From contig JAXDKI010000175.1 of NCBI GenBank assembly GCA_034667245.1, positions 1-52,141 on the forward strand: 52,141 nucleotides of DNA, in the 5' to 3' direction. The notes below the pieces were generated by a model. That model saw nothing but the letters and a program-made list of their open reading frames with translations. It did not search any database and was not told the DNA's origin. The position numbers and the translations under genes were made by a program. This DNA comes from Thermomicrobiales bacterium. GTDB lineage: Bacteria; Chloroflexota; Chloroflexia; Thermomicrobiales; UBA6265. Shown here piece by piece: positions 9,046 through 17,733 of the stretch. Every line of letters starts with the position of its first letter. The stretch's first letter is position 1.

Positions 9046-9489
9046 ATGGAGGAGAGATTGGCGTCCACGGTCACGAATCAGGCGAACCAGAAACTGACCA
9101 CGTTCTTGATGTTCGTCGGTGAGCAGCACGGCAAGGCCGAAGAGGCGATGGATTTCTACGTCTCTCTCTTCAAGGACTCGCGCATCACGAAAATCGAGCG
9201 CTATGGAGCCGGCGAGCCAGAGCCGGAAGGGACGGTCAAGCACGCGACGTTCGTCCTCGACGGCCAGCAGTTCATGGCGATAGACAGCGGGCAGGAGCAT
9301 GCGTTCACGTTCACGCCCGCAATCTCGATCTTTGTCGATTGCGAGAGCGAGGCAGAGATTGATGGGCTGTTCGGGCAACTGTCCGACGGCGGGATGGTCT
9401 TGATGCCACTCGACAACTACGGGTTCAGCGCATCGTTCGGGTGGGTTGCCGATCGGTTCGGGGTGTCCTGGCAACTCAATCTCGCCTGA
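9046..9489 (+). CDS. VOC (glyoxalase-fold) family protein, PhnB-like
   Basis: This is the last 147 codons of ORF 8368..9489. KLTTFLMFVGEQHGKAEEAMDFYVSLFKDSRI...HATFVLDGQQFMAIDS pattern. The upstream part of the ORF overlaps the BKACE gene out of frame. Confidence 0.75.
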   Translation: MEERLASTVTNQANQKLTTFLMFVGEQHGKAEEAMDFYVSLFKDSRITKIERYGAGEPEPEGTVKHATFVLDGQQFMAIDSGQEHAFTFTPAISIFVDCESEAEIDGLFGQLSDGGMVLMPLDNYGFSASFGWVADRFGVSWQLNLA

Positions 9490-9569
9490 GCGGGCGACGA
9501 CCGGGCTGGAGGAGCCGGCAGTCTGTTAGCGTTGAGCGTTCCTTTCGCAGCTTTTCGGTGCGCACCGGT

Positions 9570-9595
9570 CTCGGCCTGTGAAAGGCCGAGTCTTT
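9570..9595 (+). terminator. Rho-independent-type terminator after the VOC gene
   Basis: ctcggcct gtgaa aggccgag followed by tcttt. Located between convergent genes. Confidence 0.55.
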
Positions 9596-9674
9596 AGGTG
9601 CACCCTAACGAGCGCCTCGAAAAAGAGGCAGGACGCTCACCTTGCCCAGCCTGCCGGCATCTCCAGCCCGCCCA

Positions 9675-10100
9675 TCACCTCCATTTCAGGACCTTTGCCG
9701 CGCCGCCCGACCAGCGAACATCGAACTCGGCGCGAAACGACGCGTCGCTCGCCTCGCCGAACATCCCGACGAAGTCGGCCAACGGGACAGGTAGACTCTT
9801 GATCGCGCAGCGACAATGGGGATGGGCGCGCCGAGCGTCCGCCGCCTCCCAGTTGGCGAAGAGTTTGTGCGCGGCGTGGCGTCGACACGCGCTACAGGTC
9901 GCACAACCCGACTTGCCGTCAGCAGACTCAGCCGCCGGATCGAAGATGTACACCGTCCGCACGATTCCTCGCCCCGCTGGGAATGTCAGGGCACGAGCCG
10001 CACGCCCATGTGTCAGCCCGATAGCAGCCGCCACCACCGCCATGGCAAGCCTGCCAAGACCGCGCCGCGTTGTGAGCAAGAGACCCGCCGCGTCAGCCAT
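9675..10100 (-). CDS. Small Tat-signal cysteine-rich protein of unknown function
   Basis: 141 aa. Twin-arginine motif TTRRGLGRLAMAVVAAAIG. Cys/His cluster GCATCSACRRHAAHKLF...RRAHPHCRC. ATG start. Confidence 0.65.
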   Translation of the reverse strand: MADAAGLLLTTRRGLGRLAMAVVAAAIGLTHGRAARALTFPAGRGIVRTVYIFDPAAESADGKSGCATCSACRRHAAHKLFANWEAADARRAHPHCRCAIKSLPVPLADFVGMFGEASDASFRAEFDVRWSGGAAKVLKWR

Positions 10101-10160
10101 GCAAAAAGACCTTCAATGGCGACTGCTGCCGGCTTCAACCGAATTATCGACGTGCGCGAC

Positions 10161-10189
10161 ACGCTAGCAGCGCGTGCCATATTTGTCAA
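10161..10189 (-). promoter_or_regulatory. Candidate promoter for the Tat cysteine-rich protein gene
   Basis: Minus strand reads TTGACA (10189-10184), 17 nt spacer, TAGCGT (10166-10161). It forms part of the inverted repeat TGTCAA-N5-TTGACA at 10184-10200. Confidence 0.3.
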
Positions 10190-10294
10190 GATTTTTGACA
10201 CGGGGTTTCCCAGGTCTGTCGCCGAGGATATCCTGCCGGAAACGTCAGGCCTTCGTGCCGGCAACGCCGTCAGTGACCGAAGAGGAACTCGCTC

Positions 10295-10711
10295 ATGCAG
10301 TGGCACCGTGACCGCTACACCCTCGACGACGACCGCTCCCGAGTCGACATGCCTCGCGTGATCGGCTGGATCCAGAACAGCTATTGGGCGCAGGGCCGAC
10401 CGGAGCCGACGATCCGTCGCTCCTGGGACAACGCCGCGGTCGTCATCGGTCTCTACGCGGGCGACGAACAAGTCGGCTGCGCCCGCGTCATAACCGACCT
10501 CGCCACCGCCGCCTACCTCGCCGACGTCTTCATTCTCCAGGAGCACCGCGGACACGGACTCGGACTCTGGCTCGTCGAAACCCTCGTCGCCCACCCCGAC
10601 CTCGCCGGTCTCCGCTGGCTCCTCCACACCCGCGACGCCCACGATCTCTACGCCAGGGTCGGCTTCCAGCCGGCCGGGGAGCGGGTCATGGAACGTCCGC
10701 GTCCTCAGTGA
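10295..10711 (+). CDS. GNAT family N-acetyltransferase
   Basis: 138 aa. Acetyl-CoA loop HRGHGLGLWL and C-terminal LYARVGF. GAGGAA SD. Confidence 0.85.
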   Translation: MQWHRDRYTLDDDRSRVDMPRVIGWIQNSYWAQGRPEPTIRRSWDNAAVVIGLYAGDEQVGCARVITDLATAAYLADVFILQEHRGHGLGLWLVETLVAHPDLAGLRWLLHTRDAHDLYARVGFQPAGERVMERPRPQ

Positions 10712-10912
10712 GCCGTCCGGCGTCAGGTCCAGAGCCCGATCTCAGACTGAAAGCGCGATCAAAAACAGGTGGGATAGACGCCCGAGGAGAGTCATGATAT
10801 CCTCCTCACACGGTTTTGATACTTTGTTTCATCTGGTGAAACGCGAGCCGAATCTCGGTTGACCTCGACAGCGAGGTAGTAGTCCGTGACCAACGGACGG
10901 AGGAGGAGTTTC

Positions 10913-12604
10913 ATGCGCGACGACATGCTCATTACCCGACGGCGGCTGCTCGCCACGGGCTCAGCGGCGGTGGGGAGCGCGGTGCTCGCCACCCACGGGG
11001 GATTGCCGATCGTTGCCGCCGCTCAGGATAGTACGCCCGCTGCCGCTACGGGCCCGCTCGGCGGCGAGATCAAAATGGCGTACCAGCCGCCGGCGACCTT
11101 GAATCCGCTCTTCTCGACGGCGGGCGCCGACCAGGGTGTCGAACGGCAAATCTACGGCGCCCTCGTCATGATGACGCATGCGCCGGACCCTCAATTCGAT
11201 CTCGCCGAGTCGGTCGACATCTCCGAGGATGCGAAGGTGTTCACCTTTCATCTCCGGGAAGGTCTGGTCTTCTCCGACGGCGTCCCTCTCACCTCGAAGG
11301 ACGTGCTGTTCACCTTCCACCGCGCGATCGACCCCCGCACCGGCAGCGTCTGGCGCGGTCGTTTGCTCTCGATTGACGGCGCCGAGGAGTACGACGGAGA
11401 ATCGGTGACCACCGTCCGCGGCCTGGAAGCGCCCGACGACCGCACCGTCAAAATGACCCTCAAGAACCCGGACGCCACCTGGCTCGTGACCCTCGGTGAC
11501 TTCGCGGGATTCTGCATCCTGCCGGAGCACGCCTTCGGCGATATTCCGCCCGATCAGTTGCAAGAGGCGCCGTTCACGTTCAATCCCACGCCGTCGGCGG
11601 GCGCTTTTGTCTTCGAGGAGTGGCTGCCCGATCAGTATCTCGCGATCAAGCGAAACGACAATTACAACCCACCCAAGGCGAAGTTGGACAGACTTTACCT
11701 GACCATCCTGCCACAGTCGGTAACCGCCCTCTCGCAATTGCAGAACGGCGAGATCGACATCATGGCCGTCGATGTGACGGACATGGAGGTTGTCCAACAG
11801 AATCCCAATCTCACGATTTCAGCCTCCCCCTCGCTGATGCTCCAGTGGTTGATCCCCAACTCGACGCGACCCGCCTTCAGCGACAAGCGGGTGCGGCAGG
11901 CGATGCTCTACGCGCTCGACCGCGAGGCGATGGTCCGGGAAATCCTGAAGGGGCAGGCGACGATCATCAACTCGCCATTCTTCGGCTGGGAGTGGGAGGA
12001 AGGCGAACCGGCAGGTTTGAATCCCTATGCCTACGATCCCGACAAGGCGAAGCAGCTCCTCGCGGAGGCGAATTGGGACAGCGGCGCCAACCAGATCACG
12101 ATGCACTACATCCCCGGCAACCAGCTGAACGAGACCCTCATCAACATCATTCAGCAGCAGTACAAGGATGTGGGCATCAACTTTGAGCTCATGGCCGTCG
12201 ATGTCCCCGACTACACCAACCGTCTCATCAGCGGCGCGACCGGGGGTAACACCGGCGACTTCGATCTCATCCTCGGCAGCGGCGGCGTGATGGGTCAGGA
12301 CCCGAATGTCATGACCCGGTACATCGACTCGAAGTCGGCCACTCCGGCCGGGTTCAACTACACCCACTTCGCCAATCCGCGCGTCGACGAACTCCTGGTC
12401 CAGGGCCGCGGAACCACCGATGTGGCCGAACGGAAACGGATCTACACCGAGGTCGCGCAGATCATCAACGAGGACGCCACGTGGATCTTCCTGTGGCGGT
12501 TGAACTCGGTCTACGGCGTCAACAAGCGGGTGCAGGGATTCGTCGCGCCAGGACACCCAGGCCGGGTGATCTCGAGCGCTCACGAGTGGTCGGTCGTCGA
12601 GTAG
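10913..12604 (+). CDS. ABC transporter substrate-binding protein, family 5 (peptide/nickel type), Tat signal
   Basis: ATG at 10913 with GGAGGAGGAG upstream. ITRRRLLATGSAAVG signal. Typical family-5 length and motifs. Confidence 0.9.
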   Translation: MRDDMLITRRRLLATGSAAVGSAVLATHGGLPIVAAAQDSTPAAATGPLGGEIKMAYQPPATLNPLFSTAGADQGVERQIYGALVMMTHAPDPQFDLAESVDISEDAKVFTFHLREGLVFSDGVPLTSKDVLFTFHRAIDPRTGSVWRGRLLSIDGAEEYDGESVTTVRGLEAPDDRTVKMTLKNPDATWLVTLGDFAGFCILPEHAFGDIPPDQLQEAPFTFNPTPSAGAFVFEEWLPDQYLAIKRNDNYNPPKAKLDRLYLTILPQSVTALSQLQNGEIDIMAVDVTDMEVVQQNPNLTISASPSLMLQWLIPNSTRPAFSDKRVRQAMLYALDREAMVREILKGQATIINSPFFGWEWEEGEPAGLNPYAYDPDKAKQLLAEANWDSGANQITMHYIPGNQLNETLINIIQQQYKDVGINFELMAVDVPDYTNRLISGATGGNTGDFDLILGSGGVMGQDPNVMTRYIDSKSATPAGFNYTHFANPRVDELLVQGRGTTDVAERKRIYTEVAQIINEDATWIFLWRLNSVYGVNKRVQGFVAPGHPGRVISSAHEWSVVE

Positions 12605-12629
12605 CCGGAACCGTTTCGACAGAGGGAGC

Positions 12630-12662
12630 GACGGGCTTGGCTCAACCGGAGCCGAGCCCGTC
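12630..12662 (+). terminator. Intercistronic stem-loop after the binding-protein gene (attenuator or 3'-stabiliser)
   Basis: gacgggcttggctc aaccg gagccgagcccgtc, a 14-bp stem with one G-U pair, 25 nt after the stop at 12604. Confidence 0.45.
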
Positions 12663-12744
12663 TATCACGACCGGGCGGGCTCGCCCCGATTCCGGCCGTG
12701 GTGATGTCGTGTCCGCCGCGGCGCGGGCATAGAGGGACCAAGCG

Positions 12745-13863
12745 ATGAAGATCACCCAAATCACGTCGTATGGCTGCAAAGCAAACCAGTCCAACTATGT
12801 CTTCGTCCGCATCGACACCGATGAGGGAATCAGCGGTGTCGGCGAAGCGACGTTGGAGAGCAAAGAACTCTCCGTCCTCGGCGCGATTGAGGAATGCAAG
12901 CGCCTCCTGATCGGGAAGAACCCGCTCGACATCGAGCTCAACTGGGTCACGATGAATCGGTATGCCCCGTGGAAGGGCGCCGCACTCTTCTCCGCCATGA
13001 GCGGACTCGAACACGCGATGTGGGACATCGCCGGGAAGGCCGCCAATCTCCCCGTCTATCGGCTCCTCGGGGGGCCTGTCCGAGACAGCATCCCCGCGTA
13101 TACCTGGCCGTCGCCATACACAAATCCGCAGGAGTTGGCGGAGGCCGCACTCTATGCGCGCGAGACCTACGGGTACAACAATTTCAAGATCGACCCGTTT
13201 ACCAGTTACTTCACCGTTAGTGCAGAAGAGATTACGTACCTTGAGCAGTGCATGGCGGCCATGCGCGATGCACTCGGCCCCTCGGCCGGTATCGCGGTCG
13301 ACGGCCACTGGCGATTCAATCCCCCGGCCGCGGTCCGGATTGCCAAGGCGATCGAGCCGTTCAATCCGCTCTTCTTTGAGGAACCCTGTCTCTCCGACAA
13401 CGACGAAGCGTTGGCCACGGTACGCAGGATGACCACTGTTCCGCTGGCGACGGGGGAACGGGGCTATACGCGCTGGGCCTTCTGGAACATGCTGAAGCAC
13501 GGGCTCGTCGACATCATCCAACCCGATCTCTGTCACGCGGGCGGCATTCTGGAAACGCGGAAGATCGCTGCGATGGCGGAAACGACCGGCGTCATGGTTG
13601 CGCCACACAACCCCAATGGCCCCGTGTCGTTGGCCGCAACCGTCCACTTCGCCGCCTGCACACCCAACTTCCTCATCACCGAGTCGGTCCATACGCGCAA
13701 CGACGTGGCGCATCAAGTTGTCAAGGAACCGCTGCAAGTCGTGAACGGAGCGATTCCGCTCCCGACTGCGCCGGGGTTGGGAGTCGAGCTCGATTACGAT
13801 GCGATTGCGAAGATCCCGATGGAGCCGCGTGAGCTCATGACGGGGAGCAAGGTGGTAATCTAG
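12745..13863 (+). CDS. Enolase-superfamily enzyme (mandelate racemase/muconate lactonizing family, acid-sugar dehydratase-like)
   Basis: 372 aa. MKITQITSY...VFVRIDTDEGISGVGEATLESKE...PVYRLLGG N-terminal capping domain and barrel motifs. GAGGGA SD. Confidence 0.88.
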   Translation: MKITQITSYGCKANQSNYVFVRIDTDEGISGVGEATLESKELSVLGAIEECKRLLIGKNPLDIELNWVTMNRYAPWKGAALFSAMSGLEHAMWDIAGKAANLPVYRLLGGPVRDSIPAYTWPSPYTNPQELAEAALYARETYGYNNFKIDPFTSYFTVSAEEITYLEQCMAAMRDALGPSAGIAVDGHWRFNPPAAVRIAKAIEPFNPLFFEEPCLSDNDEALATVRRMTTVPLATGERGYTRWAFWNMLKHGLVDIIQPDLCHAGGILETRKIAAMAETTGVMVAPHNPNGPVSLAATVHFAACTPNFLITESVHTRNDVAHQVVKEPLQVVNGAIPLPTAPGLGVELDYDAIAKIPMEPRELMTGSKVVI

Positions 13864-14106
13864 CTCCGCGGGAGTTCGTCCTCAATTGTTCCTGATCCAA
13901 GAGGAACGAGTGGCGCGGCGCGAAGCACCCAACCACGGTTTTATCCTGACATGCGAGTGAGACTCCAGCGTCTTTCATCCCCTTCTCCAAATGTACGCGT
14001 GGATTCTGGAGTCCACTCTGTTGTAGCGATTCGATGAAGAACAGCGAGTAGCGAACGCCTCAGTCATCGTCGCCTAACTCGTTGCTCACGCAAACGGAGT
14101 TCGTCC

Positions 14107-15069
14107 GTGGGACGGTATCTTCTTCGGCGTCTCGCCATCAGCATCCCGGTGCTGATTGGGATCACCATCGTGACGTTCACCATGGTCAGTTTGGCCCCCG
14201 GCGATCCGGTGAGTGCGCTCATCAGTCCGGAGGCCGCCGGCGCCCTCGGGCCGGAGTGGGTCGAGCAGCAACGGGAAAAGCTGGGCCTCAACAAACCCGT
14301 ACCGGTCCGCTATCTCCTGTGGGGACGAGAACTGATCCAGGGCAATTTTGGCTTCTCGACGCAGGACCGCCAGCCGGTAGCTGACAAGATCGTCGCCCGA
14401 ATCGGGCCGACGCTTCGGCTGATGGGCGCCGTGCAGCTGATCAGCATCCTCATCGCCGTCCCCGTCGGCGTTATCTCCGCCCTTCGCCAGTATTCGATTC
14501 TCGACTATCTCGTGAGCGTCCTCGGATTCACCGCGATCTCCATCCCGTCCTTCTTTCTCGCGCTGGCGGGGATCTTCATCTTTGGGTTGCAACTGGAATG
14601 GCTGCCGACGTCCGGAATGAGGACCGTCGGGGAGGACGCATCATTCGTCGATTCGGTGCGGCATCTCATCCTCCCCGCGTTCGTGCTCGGCTTAACAAAT
14701 GCGGCTCCGCTGATTCGTTACGTCCGTTCCAGCATGCTCGAGGTGATCCATCAGCCTTACGTCAATGTGGCACGTTCCAAAGGCCTGTCTGAGCGCGCCG
14801 TCGTCTACGGCCACGCCGCGCGAAACGCGCTGATTCCGTTGATCACCGTGATTACGCTCGGACTGCCGGGGTTGATCGGGGGAACGGTGATCATCGAGAC
14901 GATCTTTGCCTGGCCGGGAATGGGGCAAGTCGCGATCGCCGCCGTACGGGCCCGCGATTACCCCATGATCATGGCGCTCAATCTGATGACGGCCTCGTTG
15001 ATACTCTCCTGCAACCTCCTGGCGGACGTGCTCTACGCGACCGTGGACCCACGCATCAAGTACTCGTGA
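14107..15069 (+). CDS. ABC transporter permease (DppB/OppB-like)
   Basis: 320 aa. MGRYLLRRLAISIPVLIGITIVTF N-terminus, six hydrophobic segments, C-terminal DPRIKY. Confidence 0.9.
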   Translation: MGRYLLRRLAISIPVLIGITIVTFTMVSLAPGDPVSALISPEAAGALGPEWVEQQREKLGLNKPVPVRYLLWGRELIQGNFGFSTQDRQPVADKIVARIGPTLRLMGAVQLISILIAVPVGVISALRQYSILDYLVSVLGFTAISIPSFFLALAGIFIFGLQLEWLPTSGMRTVGEDASFVDSVRHLILPAFVLGLTNAAPLIRYVRSSMLEVIHQPYVNVARSKGLSERAVVYGHAARNALIPLITVITLGLPGLIGGTVIIETIFAWPGMGQVAIAAVRARDYPMIMALNLMTASLILSCNLLADVLYATVDPRIKYS

Positions 15070-15124
15070 TCCACCTGCGGCGTGCGACGACCAGCAACGG
15101 AGTGAGCGGTGACAAGGGGATTCG

Positions 15125-16045
15125 ATGAGCAGCGCGGTTGAAGCGACTCAGGGAAAGACCACCACAGCTGGGAACGACGTTCTTCCCAATGCCACGCGCA
15201 AGAGCAGCTCGGGCGCATGGAGGCGGTTTCGGCATCATCACTTAGCAATGGTCGGGGTGGTGATCCTGACGCTCCTAACCGTGACAGCGGTTGCCGCCCC
15301 GCTCATCGCACAGAACGACCCGTATCGAACGAACATCAGTCAGTATCGTAAGGGACCATCGGAGGGGCGCATCCTCGGATCGGATGGATCCGGCCGCGAT
15401 GTCCTGAGCCGCTTGCTCCATGCCGGGCGCATCTCACTCTCCGTGGGCCTGGTCGCGGTCAGCATCTATACCCTGATCGGGATCATCCTCGGCGCGTTCG
15501 CGGGCTACTATGGCGGGCGTGTCGATTCAATCATCATGCGCATGGCGGACGTCGTCCTCGCCTTTCCCTCGCTCATCATCATCATCACGATCGTGTCGTT
15601 CCTCGGGCCAAGCGTCTGGAACATCATGATGGTCATCGGGCTGCTCGGCTGGCCCCCGATGGCGCGCATCCTGCGCGGGCAGTTCCTCTCGCTCCGAGAG
15701 CAAGAGTTTGTGGTGGCAAGCCGCGCGATTGGGGCGCCGAACCGAACGATTATTTTCCGTCATATGCTGCCGAACGCACTCGCTCCGATCATCGTGGCTG
15801 CCACGTTCGGCATCGCCAGCGCCATCCTCCTCGAGGCGGGGCTGAGTTTCCTGGGATTGGGAGTCCAGCCACCGACGCCGACGTGGGGGAACATGCTCTC
15901 CGATGCCCAGTCACTGCCGGTGCTCCAGTCGATGCCCTGGCTCTGGCTGCCCCCTGGGGTGATGATCGCGCTCGCCGTTCTTTCCATTAACTTCATCGGC
16001 GACGGGCTCCGCGACGCGTTCGATCCTCATCTGCATCATCGCTGA
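15125..16045 (+). CDS. ABC transporter permease (DppC/OppC-like)
   Basis: 306 aa. APLIAQNDPY, EAA-like loop region, C-terminal GDGLRDAFDP. Confidence 0.9.
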   Translation: MSSAVEATQGKTTTAGNDVLPNATRKSSSGAWRRFRHHHLAMVGVVILTLLTVTAVAAPLIAQNDPYRTNISQYRKGPSEGRILGSDGSGRDVLSRLLHAGRISLSVGLVAVSIYTLIGIILGAFAGYYGGRVDSIIMRMADVVLAFPSLIIIITIVSFLGPSVWNIMMVIGLLGWPPMARILRGQFLSLREQEFVVASRAIGAPNRTIIFRHMLPNALAPIIVAATFGIASAILLEAGLSFLGLGVQPPTPTWGNMLSDAQSLPVLQSMPWLWLPPGVMIALAVLSINFIGDGLRDAFDPHLHHR

Positions 16046-16160
16046 GCAGTCCCTCGTGGTGAGCCAACGAGAGCCAGAACGACAGACGGAGTACAGATCA
16101 CCAGACGCCTAGGACTCGAGTCGATCGATAGTCACCGTGAAAGGGCGACGTGCATCCGAA

Positions 16161-16203
16161 GACGACGGATGTCGGGACGTTCCATCCCTCAACATCCGTC
16201 GTC
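16161..16203. terminator. Stem-loop between convergent genes
   Basis: gacgacggatgt (16161-16172) and acatccgtcgtc (16192-16203) form a perfect 12-bp stem with a 19-nt loop. Confidence 0.4.
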
Positions 16204-16245
16204 ACCGACTCGCCTCCGCTTGAGAGCCTTTCGTAACCGGTCAGC

Positions 16246-17598
16246 CTACGCTGGAAACGCCAGCCGTCCCCCAAAACGCAGAAACCGCACCCTGCCGTCG
16301 GCGTTGAGGATCATCTCCGCGTACGCCCCGTCCAACTCGCCGCCGTCCACGACGAAGATGCGCTCCGTCACCGGCACCAGCCGAAACGGCTCGCGGACCA
16401 TCTCCTCGCCGCTAAAGGGATTGCGGGTCACCCGCTCGACGCGGTACCCGCCATCCTCGACGTTGAGCGTCAGATCGGCAAGATGCTGCCGGTACGTCCC
16501 GGCAAACCGCGACAGCGCTGCATCGTCGAGCGTGATTCGCACCGGCGGGTCCGACTTGATCCCGAGGAAGCGTTCCAGCACCGCGTCGCCGATCTTGCCG
16601 TGAGCGGCACTGCCGTGGTCGCCATTCGTCAAGATGGCAATCGCGAAGCCGCGCTCCGGCACCGTCGTCAACCGCGCCATGAACCCGTTCGTCGCACCGC
16701 CGTGCTCCGCGATCGCCAGACCACCCAGATCGTTCAGACTCCAACCGAGCCCCCAGGTCCGGGGGTAATCGCCCTCGGTCTGCTTCGTCCGCATGGCCCG
16801 CGCCGACTCGGCCGAGATGACACGCACCCCGTCGAGCTCGCCATTCTGCATGTGCGCCTGCGCGAACCGCAGCAACTCGGCCACGTTCGATGAGACCCCT
16901 CCGGCCGGGTTGGACCGCCGCGGGATCGGCCACGGGTCGGCGATCCGGGCCGGCTCGTTCGGCGGCTGCGTGTGCCCGACCGCAACCGCATGCCGGATCG
17001 CCTCGTGCGCGAAGTAGGTCGTCCGCTCCAGTCCGAGCGGCGCGAAGACCCGCTCCCGCATCGCCTGCTCGAACGGTTGCCCGAGAATCAACTCGACCGC
17101 TCGCCCCGCCAGATCGAACCCGGCGTTGCAGTAGGTCCAGACCTCTCCCGGCGGCGTCTGCTGCGGCAGATCGTGGAACGCCGCCACCGCCTTCGCCAGC
17201 GCGTCGTCGCCGATCCCCTGGTCGTCGAAGCGATCGCCGTAGAACCCGCTCTTGTGCGTCAACAAGTGCCGGGTCGTGATCGTCCGCCGCGCCGTCTCGT
17301 CGGCCAGCGGCAAATCCGGCACGTAGCCGATCACCGGCGCGTCGAGGTCGAGCTTCCCCTCGTCGACGAGTGTCATCACCAACGTCGTGGTGAAGACCTT
17401 GCTGATCGACCCAATCTGGAACAGCGTCTCCGGCACGACCGGTTGTTTGGTCTCCAGACTGGCGACGCCATACCCCGCCGTCTCCACCCGTCCTTCGTGG
17501 AGGATGCCGACCGTCAGCCCCGGCACCTCCCACGTCGCCATCTGCTCCCGCACCAGATCGTCGATCTCCGCCAGGACCGCCAACTCCTCGCCGCTCAC
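16246..17598 (-). CDS. Serine hydrolase, beta-lactamase/transpeptidase-like (class C / esterase family VIII type)
   Basis: S-x-x-K motif GSISKVFT and Y-x-N motif YCNAGF. The ORF is open to GTG 17619, but GTG 17598 follows GGGAGGGGAG. Confidence 0.85.
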   Translation of the reverse strand: MSGEELAVLAEIDDLVREQMATWEVPGLTVGILHEGRVETAGYGVASLETKQPVVPETLFQIGSISKVFTTTLVMTLVDEGKLDLDAPVIGYVPDLPLADETARRTITTRHLLTHKSGFYGDRFDDQGIGDDALAKAVAAFHDLPQQTPPGEVWTYCNAGFDLAGRAVELILGQPFEQAMRERVFAPLGLERTTYFAHEAIRHAVAVGHTQPPNEPARIADPWPIPRRSNPAGGVSSNVAELLRFAQAHMQNGELDGVRVISAESARAMRTKQTEGDYPRTWGLGWSLNDLGGLAIAEHGGATNGFMARLTTVPERGFAIAILTNGDHGSAAHGKIGDAVLERFLGIKSDPPVRITLDDAALSRFAGTYRQHLADLTLNVEDGGYRVERVTRNPFSGEEMVREPFRLVPVTERIFVVDGGELDGAYAEMILNADGRVRFLRFGGRLAFPA

Positions 17599-17733
17599 GA
17601 CTCCCCTCCCTATCTCCACTCGGTCACGTCTGCTCGGGCATCATAGCTGCTTGAGCTCGGATTCGTGCCGCTCGGTTGACAACGGCACGACGCCGGTACA
17701 CCATCCCTCCACGCAGCGGGTCGCATCCCGGTG

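Noticed and set aside
10184-10200. Inverted repeat TGTCAA-N5-TTGACA in the divergent spacer, considered as an operator.
   Set aside because: It is only 6+6 bp and is explained equally well by back-to-back -35-like hexamers. It is kept only as part of a low-confidence promoter call.
13864-14106. A roughly 46-codon minus-strand ORF with a GGAGAAGGGG SD in the lower-GC spacer (start near 13981).
   Set aside because: It has low third-position G/C unlike every confident gene here. It runs antisense into the 3' end of the enolase-family gene and has no recognisable motif.
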